From: Candidatus Nanopelagicales bacterium
GTDB lineage: Bacteria; Actinomycetota; Actinomycetes; S36-B12
Reading direction: 5' to 3'
NCBI GenBank assembly: GCA_028687755.1
Contig: JAQTZL010000001.1
Location: forward strand, 457,404 to 521,403
Length of the DNA: 64,000 bases
In this document: in pieces, positions 56,758-64,000 of the stretch
Position numbering within the stretch: the first letter of the stretch is position 1
Layout: every line of letters begins with the position of its first letter
Made by a program: the position numbers and the translations under genes
The notes under the pieces: generated by a model
Databases searched by the model: none
What the model saw: the letters and a program-made list of their open reading frames with translations, nothing else
What the model was told of the DNA's origin: nothing

Positions 56758-57110
56758 GCCTTCTTCACCACACTCGACTTCAACATCATTGGGCCAAAGC
56801 CGTCAACTTTGGCATCGATGTCATGGTCGCCAGTTCCTTGAACCAGACGAATGCCCCGCACTTTGGTGCCTACCTTGAGTGGAGTTGAACTGCCTTTTAC
56901 TTTGACATCTTTCACGATGGTGACATCGTCGCCGTCAGCAAGAACGTTTCCGACTGCATCGCGGATGACTTTCTCTCCCGGTGCACTATCGTCATCGACT
57001 TGCGCCGACCATTCGTGCGCGCATTCTGGGCACACGAAAAGACCACCCAATTCGTACGTGAATTCACAACTACATAGCGGGCACGGAGGCGTCTCGTCCA
57101 TGCCCGCCAC
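56754..57110 (-). CDS. phnA: PhnA/YjdM zinc-ribbon protein
   Basis: [21 protein letters not shown] at the N-terminus. C-terminal [20 protein letters not shown]...[15 protein letters not shown]. Confidence 0.85.
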   Translation of the reverse strand: MAGMDETPPCPLCSCEFTYELGGLFVCPECAHEWSAQVDDDSAPGEKVIRDAVGNVLADGDDVTIVKDVKVKGSSTPLKVGTKVRGIRLVQGTGDHDIDAKVDGFGPMMLKSSVVKKA

Positions 57111-57119
57111 TCTAGGCGA

Positions 57120-58007
57120 TTAGGCCTTGAGGTCTGGATAGCGCTTACGTGCCTCCTCAAGCGCTATCTCTGAGCGCTGAGCGGCAACCTTGCGAGGAGC
57201 TGGGCCGTAACCCTTGTCAGCATTCTCCTTGCGCCAAGCAGCAACATCGCCTGCATGCCCGGTGACTTCCATCATCTGAAGACTTGCCTGCAAGTTCACA
57301 CGCATACCCATGGTTTCCCAGGCACGCTTCACGCCAGCTTTGATGCCCATCAATACGGACAACGGAGCTTGCGCAATCTGCCAAGCGATGAGTTCTGCTG
57401 TTGCATCGAGATCTTCGCGAGGAACAACGCGGTTGACCATGCCAATGCGTTTTGCTTCTTCGGCATCGATGGTCTGTGACAAGTAGAGGTACTCATACGT
57501 CTGATGGAAGTTCATCGTGACCCAAGGCTCAATCAAGGTTTCGCCACCTGGGAAACCAAGACCCTGAGGTAGTGGCATCTGGAAGTACGCATCATCTGAG
57601 GCAATAACGATGTCGTTCAACAATGCGAAGTAAGTTCCGCCACCAACGCAGTAGCCATGCACGGCAGAAATCGTTGGCTTCTGGAATTCCCAGATGTGAA
57701 GTACTGGCCACGTGAAGAGCTTGGCTTGACCAGCCCATGGGTGACCGTATTCAGCGGCTTCCTTGAACTCTTCGTACGCAGGACCGCCACCCGGGCCCAT
57801 GTCATGGCCTGAGCAGAATCCGCGGCCATTGGCCTTGAGGATGACGACTTTGATGTTGTAGTCGTTCTCAGCGTCTTTGAGGCAGTTCTCAACATCCCAC
57901 ACCATGGCTGAACTCTGAGCGTTCGCAGCCTCTGGTCGGTTCAGAATGATGCGAGCAATGGGGCCATCTTTTTCATAGATGACGGTTTCAAGTTCTTGGC
58001 GTTCCAT
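57120..58007 (-). CDS. Enoyl-CoA hydratase/isomerase (crotonase) family protein
   Basis: ARIILNRPEAANA, GRGFCSGHD and the 295-aa crotonase-fold pattern. Confidence 0.85.
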   Translation of the reverse strand: MERQELETVIYEKDGPIARIILNRPEAANAQSSAMVWDVENCLKDAENDYNIKVVILKANGRGFCSGHDMGPGGGPAYEEFKEAAEYGHPWAGQAKLFTWPVLHIWEFQKPTISAVHGYCVGGGTYFALLNDIVIASDDAYFQMPLPQGLGFPGGETLIEPWVTMNFHQTYEYLYLSQTIDAEEAKRIGMVNRVVPREDLDATAELIAWQIAQAPLSVLMGIKAGVKRAWETMGMRVNLQASLQMMEVTGHAGDVAAWRKENADKGYGPAPRKVAAQRSEIALEEARKRYPDLKA

Positions 58008-58116
58008 GGGGACTCCTCCAGCCTTCTCACGTTAACGAATACTCACGTGAGGGTAGTGCTTGGCGCCTGCCCAAGAGGGGCGAATGGTGCATTCAGTGCG
58101 CGAAGCTCGCTTGCTT

Positions 58117-58192
58117 TGGCTCCCCCACTTGGACTCGAACCAAGAACCCTCCGATTAACAGTCGAATGCTCTGCCAATTGAGCTATGGGGGA
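58117..58192 (-). tRNA. tRNA-Asn (anticodon GTT), CCA encoded
   Basis: The reverse strand TCCCCCA-TA-GCTC-AATTGGCA-GAGC-A-TTCGA-CTGTTAA-TCGGA-GGGTT-CTTGG-TTCGAGT-CCAAG-TGGGGGA-G-CCA. Confidence 0.95.
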
Positions 58193-58246
58193 CTAAATCG
58201 GCGCCCGCAGAGAATAGCAAGAAGGTACGGGTGCCTTGACCACCGG

Positions 58247-58750
58247 TCAGATACCTAGGGCAACCCGCAACTCTTGAAGCGCAAAATCGGCCTGTTCGCG
58301 ATTTTCCGGGTCTTGGGGGTCCACTCCGGCATCAAAAACCACGCTCCAGGTGATTTCATCGCGGTTGAGGCGCCTGGCAGCCACCAAGACCTCCTGCCCG
58401 TTGGGCAATTGGAGTCGCTCACTCACGATCACATTGGCAGTGACTTGAGCACGAACAGCCGCCGGCAGGTTTGCGGGGTTGGAAAGTTGGGTGCGCAAGC
58501 GTTGCCCGCGACCTGCATCATTTTGGATATCCAGATCCAGGAACGGGCTGGTCCAGGAGGCTCTCATGACCTTGAGCCATGAAATGCGTGCGGCCTGAAC
58601 ATAGAGGGCTTCATCGGTCGCAATCACATACGTGGGTTCATCATTGCCATCCGATCCCCAGGCAATAACTTTCTCACCAGACGGAACGCCTGCGTTTGCT
58701 AAAGCATCCTTAGGAATACGTGCCGCTTTGAGTTTTCCAAACACACTCAT
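58247..58750 (-). CDS. Conserved hypothetical protein downstream of dnaG (Rv2342-like position)
   Basis: 167-aa ORF with 4-nt overlap with the dnaG stop. Confidence 0.6.
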   Translation of the reverse strand: MSVFGKLKAARIPKDALANAGVPSGEKVIAWGSDGNDEPTYVIATDEALYVQAARISWLKVMRASWTSPFLDLDIQNDAGRGQRLRTQLSNPANLPAAVRAQVTANVIVSERLQLPNGQEVLVAARRLNRDEITWSVVFDAGVDPQDPENREQADFALQELRVALGI

Positions 58751-60642
58751 TCGCGTTCACCTAACGCAGCATTTCGCAATGATTTCTTATAGGCCTCAAG
58801 CGCCATGATCTCCGCAAACAATTGGTTGTGTTCCTCTTCTTGTTCAACTGGATCAGAGCGCTGCATTCGGCCACGCACATCAGCAATGCGGCGCGTTGCA
58901 TCAAGTTCTAACAATCGCGCAATCAAACTCGTTGCGTAACGGTCATTCTGCTCAATTTCTGAAGGCAACGGATCAACGGAAAGTTCCTTGATCAAACGAC
59001 GAACATCATCATCAGCGGCTTGATCGAGCACTGCGTCAATCCAGGCCAGGCCATCAACTTCAAGCCGCGGCAATCCCGCAGCAACGATCGCCTCATGCAC
59101 TTCACGAGCCTTGGGATGAGTAAACGCAGTTTCTTCCAATGATGGGTACCACTCAACAACGGCACTCGGGAGTTGCAGCGCACACTTCAAAGCTTCGCGC
59201 TCAATTGTGAACGCAGGGCCATCACTCACAGGCGCTGGCGCAGTTGTTTTTGCTATGAGAGGCTCACTCGGCTGATCTTGTGGTGTTTGCGAAGCGCGCT
59301 GAACAGGCTTTTGCGTTGGTGTGGGCCGCTGCCCCACAACGTTTTGCACTGCTGACACTTCAAGCCCAAGCCATCCCGCAAGCAAACGCGTGTATTCAGG
59401 GCGAAGCGATGCGTCTTTAATTTTCGCCACAATTGGACCAGCTTCGCGCAATGCAGCTACGCGACCTTCGGCACTATTGAGATCGTGCGCAGCAAGAATG
59501 GATTTGATTGCGAATTGGAACAACGGCACTCGTCGATTCACCAGAGCGACAACTGCTTCATCACCCAGAGTCAAGCGAAGATCACAGGGATCCATGCCGC
59601 TTGGTTCAACGGCAACGAACGTGTTCGCAACGAAGCGCTGGTCTTCATCAAAAGCACGCAATGCAGCCTTTTGGCCTGCAGCATCACCATCGAAGGTGAA
59701 CACCACCTCACCGCGCATTTGATCATCGTCCATTAACAAACGGCGCAAGACTTTGATGTGTTCGGTGCCAAATGCCGTGCCACAGGTAGCAACCGCAGTA
59801 GTGATGCCAGCCAGATGACAAGCCATGACGTCGGTGTAACCCTCAACGATCACTGCTTGCTGCTGCTTGGAAACTTCCTTGCGAGCCATATCTAGCCCAT
59901 ACAGCACCTGACTCTTTTTATAAATCGGTGTTTCTGGAGTATTGAGGTACTTCGGACCTTCGTCATCGTCGTACAACTTGCGCGCACCAAAACCGACAAC
60001 ATCACCGCTGAGCTCTTTGATAGGCCACACCAAGCGCCCGCGGAATCGGTCGTAGACACCCCGATTGCCCTGACTCATCAAGCCAGCCGTGAGCAACTCT
60101 TGATCATTGAATCCAGCTTTGCGCAAATGATTCAGTAACGCATCCCAAGACTTCGGCGCATAGCCCACACCAAATAACTTTGCGGCTTCTGCATCAAAAC
60201 CACGTTCTGTTAAAAACTTGCGTGCTGTTTCGGCTTCTGGAGTTGCGAGCTGTTCGCGAAAATATGTAGCGGCTTGTTTATGCGCATCCACTAGCCGTGT
60301 GCGCTGACCCTGCTGACGATTAACCGCAGTTCCACCCTCAACATAGCGAAGTTCAATGCCAGTTTTCGCTGCCAGCTTTTCAACGGATTCAGCAAAACTT
60401 AAGTGGTCGATCTTTTGCAGGAAGCCCAACACATCGCCGCCTTCTCCGCAGCCAAAGCAGTACCACATACCTCGACTGGGAGTGACGTGAAAACTGGGCG
60501 AACGTTCATCATGGAAGGGGCATAGGCCCTTCAAAGAACCGCCACCAGCGGACTTCAGCGTGACGTATTCACGAACCACATCGTCGATACGGGCACGTTC
60601 GCGCACGAGAGCGATGTCTTCGTCACGAATTCGGCCTGCCAT
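58747..60642 (-). CDS. dnaG: DNA primase
   Basis: Zinc finger CPFHDERSPSFHV...CFGCGEGGD. TOPRIM motifs EGYTDV and FDGDAAG. Confidence 0.97.
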   Translation of the reverse strand: MAGRIRDEDIALVRERARIDDVVREYVTLKSAGGGSLKGLCPFHDERSPSFHVTPSRGMWYCFGCGEGGDVLGFLQKIDHLSFAESVEKLAAKTGIELRYVEGGTAVNRQQGQRTRLVDAHKQAATYFREQLATPEAETARKFLTERGFDAEAAKLFGVGYAPKSWDALLNHLRKAGFNDQELLTAGLMSQGNRGVYDRFRGRLVWPIKELSGDVVGFGARKLYDDDEGPKYLNTPETPIYKKSQVLYGLDMARKEVSKQQQAVIVEGYTDVMACHLAGITTAVATCGTAFGTEHIKVLRRLLMDDDQMRGEVVFTFDGDAAGQKAALRAFDEDQRFVANTFVAVEPSGMDPCDLRLTLGDEAVVALVNRRVPLFQFAIKSILAAHDLNSAEGRVAALREAGPIVAKIKDASLRPEYTRLLAGWLGLEVSAVQNVVGQRPTPTQKPVQRASQTPQDQPSEPLIAKTTAPAPVSDGPAFTIEREALKCALQLPSAVVEWYPSLEETAFTHPKAREVHEAIVAAGLPRLEVDGLAWIDAVLDQAADDDVRRLIKELSVDPLPSEIEQNDRYATSLIARLLELDATRRIADVRGRMQRSDPVEQEEEHNQLFAEIMALEAYKKSLRNAALGERE

Positions 60643-60674
60643 GGCCTCATTCTAGGTGCGTGGGCTGACCTCGA

Positions 60675-61904
60675 TTAGCGGATCAAGCGCTCCCGCCAGC
60701 GCAGGATGCTGACATCCGTGAGGCTGGCCACCTGATCAATGATCACCCGCATCCGCTCAGCATCGGATTGGGCAGCGTCATAGGTCTCACGTAGCCATGG
60801 CTCAAGGCTGCGCCCATCTTCTAGCCGCAGGGCGTGCACCACTTCTTCCACGATCTGACGCTGATGCTCCTGCTCCTTTTCAATACCTGGGCGTCTCATA
60901 ACGAAGAAAACCGCAATTGCCTTCATCACGGCGACTTCATCGCGCACCTCATCAGGAACGATCAAGTTCGCTGCGTATCGAGTCAGCGGCTTATCTCCGT
61001 AAGCAATACGGGTGGCAACCTGCGTGCTGACACAAAAGCGTGAGATCAAGTAACTCGTTGCATGCTTGAGCGCTGCCTGTGAACGCATAGATCCGTCAAA
61101 TTCCTTTGGCCAATACTCAAGGCGCAGTAGACGATCTAGCGCTTCATCAAGTGCATGCGGATCGCGCTTAGGATCAAAACGCTCGCGAGCAGTTTCAACA
61201 AGATGCGCCTTATTCGCGGGATCATGCAGCTGCTGAAGTTTTACTAGGCCAGCATGAATGGCATCTTCAACATCATGAATGGAATAGGCAACATCATCGG
61301 CCCAATTCATCACCTGTTCTTCGATGCACTGCGCACCTTGGGGTGATCCTTCTCGAAACCATTGAAACACTGCAGCGTCGTCCGCGTAGTACCCAAACTT
61401 GGGATTGCCAGGCTGGCGAGACCACGGATATTTACACGTGGCATCAAGGGTTGCTCGGGTGAGATTGAGACCAGCACTTGCCCCTGAATCGTCAACAACT
61501 TTGGCCTCTAACCGAGACACAATGCGCAGGGTTTGAGCATTACCTTCAAAACCGCCGATCTCTTCAGCTATCCGATCAAGAGCAATCTCGCCATTGTGAC
61601 CAAATGGCGGATGACCCAGATCGTGAGCGAGCCCTGCTACCTCAACGATGTCGGGATTACATCCCAATCCTTCACCCATCTCACGGGCGATCTGCGCAAC
61701 CTCAAGAGTGTGGGTCAACCGCGTGCGAGGGAAGTCATTCATCCCAGAAGTCATGACTTGAGTTTTGGCAGCCAAGCGACGCAGCCCTGCTGAATGCAGC
61801 ACTCGGGCACGATCTCGAGCAAAGGGGCTGCGCACAGATTCCTTCATCGGTTCAGCCGTGAAGCGCTGGGTTGACGCTTCGTCGTATCCGATCAGGTTGC
61901 TCAT
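60675..61904 (-). CDS. dgt: dGTPase-family deoxynucleoside triphosphate triphosphohydrolase
   Basis: HD-domain motifs RLTHTLEVAQIAR and LAHDLGHPPFGHNGE. Adjacent to dnaG, as in other actinobacteria. Confidence 0.92.
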   Translation of the reverse strand: MSNLIGYDEASTQRFTAEPMKESVRSPFARDRARVLHSAGLRRLAAKTQVMTSGMNDFPRTRLTHTLEVAQIAREMGEGLGCNPDIVEVAGLAHDLGHPPFGHNGEIALDRIAEEIGGFEGNAQTLRIVSRLEAKVVDDSGASAGLNLTRATLDATCKYPWSRQPGNPKFGYYADDAAVFQWFREGSPQGAQCIEEQVMNWADDVAYSIHDVEDAIHAGLVKLQQLHDPANKAHLVETARERFDPKRDPHALDEALDRLLRLEYWPKEFDGSMRSQAALKHATSYLISRFCVSTQVATRIAYGDKPLTRYAANLIVPDEVRDEVAVMKAIAVFFVMRRPGIEKEQEHQRQIVEEVVHALRLEDGRSLEPWLRETYDAAQSDAERMRVIIDQVASLTDVSILRWRERLIR

Positions 61905-61917
61905 TGCTCAGACTCTA

Positions 61918-62691
61918 TTACTGAGGACTGACGGACTCCTGCGGCTGCAGAACAACGGCGTCCCCAAACACCTGCCCGTCTGGGGTCACGCTGATTGAGG
62001 AATAGCCAGCCTGATTGGCCACCCATTGCGTTGCACCTAGGCCCATAGCGAATCCAGCGGTTGCATACGCGTCAGCCCAGGTGATGCACGGCCCGACCAC
62101 ACTGAACGAGGCCAACACTTCACCCTTTGCCTGCCCCAGACGCCAAATATGTTCCCCGCGCTCCACTGTGCCTGATGTTGCCACCGCTCCACCTTCAGGC
62201 AATTCCACGATCGCAGCAATGCCTGTGTCGCGGGTTGGATCGGAGATCGCTATGCGCCAAGGGCGATCGTTTGAGGCTCGCCCCCAACACGTGGTGTCTC
62301 CCCCAACACCAATGCATGCGTCGGTGACACCTAGGCGTCGCATGGCTTCCATGGCTCGCTCAATCGCCCAACCTTTGACAAAGCCAGCGGTATCGATGCG
62401 ATCTGTCTTGGGATTTCGATACGAGAATGCACCACCTGAACGTTCACGAAGCTCTAAGCAGTGCGCAATGACTTCATCGATTTCATGGCGGGCTACCGAA
62501 GAGATGCGTTCTTGACGCATCCATTGTTCAATATCGCTATCCGTTCGATAGTGACTAAACCGTTGCTCATCGGCGTCAAGTGAACTTCTTGCCGCGAGCA
62601 CCGCCCCATCAACATCGCCGCGCGAATGTTCGGCGATGGCAAGGCTTGCCACACTTCCCATGACCGGAAAACTCGTTCGCACACCAGACAT
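61918..62691 (-). CDS. apbE: FAD:protein FMN transferase (ApbE family)
   Basis: 257 aa with TAGFVKGWAIERA, GVGGD and ATSGTVERG motifs. Confidence 0.8.
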   Translation of the reverse strand: MSGVRTSFPVMGSVASLAIAEHSRGDVDGAVLAARSSLDADEQRFSHYRTDSDIEQWMRQERISSVARHEIDEVIAHCLELRERSGGAFSYRNPKTDRIDTAGFVKGWAIERAMEAMRRLGVTDACIGVGGDTTCWGRASNDRPWRIAISDPTRDTGIAAIVELPEGGAVATSGTVERGEHIWRLGQAKGEVLASFSVVGPCITWADAYATAGFAMGLGATQWVANQAGYSSISVTPDGQVFGDAVVLQPQESVSPQ

Positions 62692-62694
62692 TAT

Positions 62695-63381
62695 TTAGCG
62701 ATCAAGTACAGACTGCAATGAACGACGATACGCATTGGTCGTGTATGTCGCTCCACTGATGTTGTCGAACTGAACACCAACTTGACCTGCCGTTTGATCG
62801 AGTACTGGGATTGCATACGCATTGATCATGGAAGATTTACGGTCCCGGTTTGGATACGCAATTGCATGAGCTGAACAAATTTTTCCGTTCGCAACTGAAG
62901 CAACCACTTGCACAGGACCCCAGGGAGTCATGGCACTAGTTCCCGTCACTTCTTTGGCGTTGTCGCATGATGCACTCGTGGACGTACCTTGATTTCCGGC
63001 AGCACTCGGGGCTGGTTCCACTGCTGGATCCTGAGCAGTCTTCGAATCACTACTTGTGGAACCAGAAGAATTTGAATTTGAGTCACTACTTGAAGCGGGC
63101 TTCTTTTTCTTTTTTTTCACCTTTGGTGTTGTTGTCGCTTCAGAATTGGCTTGTGGAGCTGCAGGTTCGGTGACCTGCGCTTGCACATCTGCCTGCGGCA
63201 CAGTTTGAGGCGCGCTTAGTTCTGGCGAAGGTTCCTGTGTGGCAAGAGGCATAGCGCCACTGGCTAGTGCGGCATCTTCTTCACCTTGACGCGCAATGGC
63301 CGGATCAAGAACAGCAACAATCGCAATGGCAGCACCACCAAGCGCGACAGCCGGAGCAATACTTCTGAAGAACTTAGACAT
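62695..63381 (-). CDS. Secreted/anchored FMN-binding-domain protein with long low-complexity linker
   Basis: Signal/anchor SIAPAVALGGAAIAIVAV. Pro/Ala/Ser linker with KKKKKK and SSSDSNSNSSGSTSSDS. The C-terminal FMN_bind domain carries the flavinylation motif DNISGATYT. Confidence 0.8.
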   Translation of the reverse strand: MSKFFRSIAPAVALGGAAIAIVAVLDPAIARQGEEDAALASGAMPLATQEPSPELSAPQTVPQADVQAQVTEPAAPQANSEATTTPKVKKKKKKPASSSDSNSNSSGSTSSDSKTAQDPAVEPAPSAAGNQGTSTSASCDNAKEVTGTSAMTPWGPVQVVASVANGKICSAHAIAYPNRDRKSSMINAYAIPVLDQTAGQVGVQFDNISGATYTTNAYRRSLQSVLDR

Positions 63382-63383
63382 GG

Positions 63384-64000
63384 TCAGATTCCAAAACTCT
63401 CAAGATGAATATTTGACGTTGGCACTCCGGCTTTTCGTAACCCACTGATCACCGCAGATTCAAGTGAAGCTGGCCCGCAGATATACGCATGACGCGATGA
63501 AATATCGGGAATACGCGCTTTTAGGGCTGCTGCGTGGAATGGGTCATTCTTGGCAAACCATTCGCGTCTTCCTGCTAACACATGCAGTTCGCCATTACGC
63601 AGCTGCACTAAGCGCTGAAGTTCGGTGATATGCGGGAGGTCTTTTTCATCACGCACCCGCACAAGCACGATTGGATTTTGACCAGTGTGGCTGTCTTCCA
63701 GAATCGCGCGCAGAGGAGCGATACCAACACCGCCAGCAATCAATACCACTTTGGCGCCTTCTGCTTGATCGATGGTGAAGACACCATATGGGCCTTCAAG
63801 TAACACCTTGGCTCCTGGCTTCACATTCAAGATTGATGACGAATCATCGTTGCCAGTTCCCTTAATCGTGAAGCGCAAACCACCCGTGGTCGGTGCACTT
63901 GAAATGGAATATGGATGTGCTTGCCACCAAAGCCCTCGAACCATTGGACGCAACATAAAGAATTGGCCACTGCGGACGCGTAACTTGCGTAAGTGGGCAC
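63384..64000 (-). CDS. Ferric-reductase-type FAD/NAD(P)-binding oxidoreductase, C-terminal part; gene continues past the right window edge
   Basis: RSGQFFMLRP....WWQAHPYSISSAP (FAD), LIAGGVGIAP (NAD) and ICGP. The frame stays open upstream of the track start 63956 to position 64000. Confidence 0.8.
   Translation of the reverse strand, partial: AHLRKLRVRSGQFFMLRPMVRGLWWQAHPYSISSAPTTGGLRFTIKGTGNDDSSSILNVKPGAKVLLEGPYGVFTIDQAEGAKVVLIAGGVGIAPLRAILEDSHTGQNPIVLVRVRDEKDLPHITELQRLVQLRNGELHVLAGRREWFAKNDPFHAAALKARIPDISSRHAYICGPASLESAVISGLRKAGVPTSNIHLESFGI

Noticed and set aside
1-64000. A search for defence systems, toxin-antitoxin pairs, CRISPR-Cas, retrons, DGRs, RiPP or radical-SAM clusters, riboswitches, and large structured ncRNAs other than rnpB.
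   Set aside because: No ORF translation shows nuclease, helicase, methylase, reverse-transcriptase, Cas, PIN, HEPN or radical-SAM motifs. Non-coding gaps are all under 380 nt, and the largest (55340-55702) is explained by a gene remnant and promoter regions. By-eye inspection cannot exclude small structured RNAs.

Overview
Densely coding chromosomal segment from an actinobacterium (Actinomycetota), roughly 50-55% GC by eye. All family calls come from reading the supplied translations and the DNA for motifs. No BLAST or HMM search was possible.

The left third (1-23.7 kb) and right end (55.7-64 kb) are conserved housekeeping blocks. Their gene order recalls the Mycobacterium tuberculosis Rv2225-Rv2248 neighbourhood (panB, mapB, RNase H/phosphatase, Zn-ribbon, Nif3, ahpE, DUF3052, aceE, PucR-type regulator, fabD-fabH-acp-kas, DUF3145) and the Rv2342-Rv2344 neighbourhood (dnaG, dgt). 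These blocks also carry RNase P RNA (rnpB) and three tRNAs (Val-TAC, Met-CAT, Asn-GTT).

The middle (23.7-55.5 kb) looks accessory and has three parts:
- A copper-handling module (PCuAC chaperone, Tat-exported DyP peroxidase, CopC).
- A compact, translationally coupled six-gene aa3-type heme-copper oxidase operon. It has its own CtaG, TlpA and CopD genes, a CoxII-like cupredoxin paralogue with a degenerate CuA motif, and an N-terminally extended subunit I.
- A roughly 16.5 kb catabolic island with no conventional regulator. It carries a Rieske oxygenase inside an amino-acid ABC importer operon, DUF3237, an F420-type LLM oxidoreductase, an isochorismatase-like hydrolase, a CoA-transferase, a mycofactocin-type SDR, an NTF2-like protein, an Ltp2-like/DUF35 pair and an acetolactate decarboxylase with an N-terminal ribbon-helix-helix extension. 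The island ends at a 36-codon remnant of a POT peptide-transporter gene next to tRNA-Met.

I found no CRISPR array, transposase, integrase, phage genes or recognisable defence or toxin-antitoxin genes. The candidates for something new are therefore metabolic and respiratory modules rather than a defence system, and all are hypotheses that need database checks.
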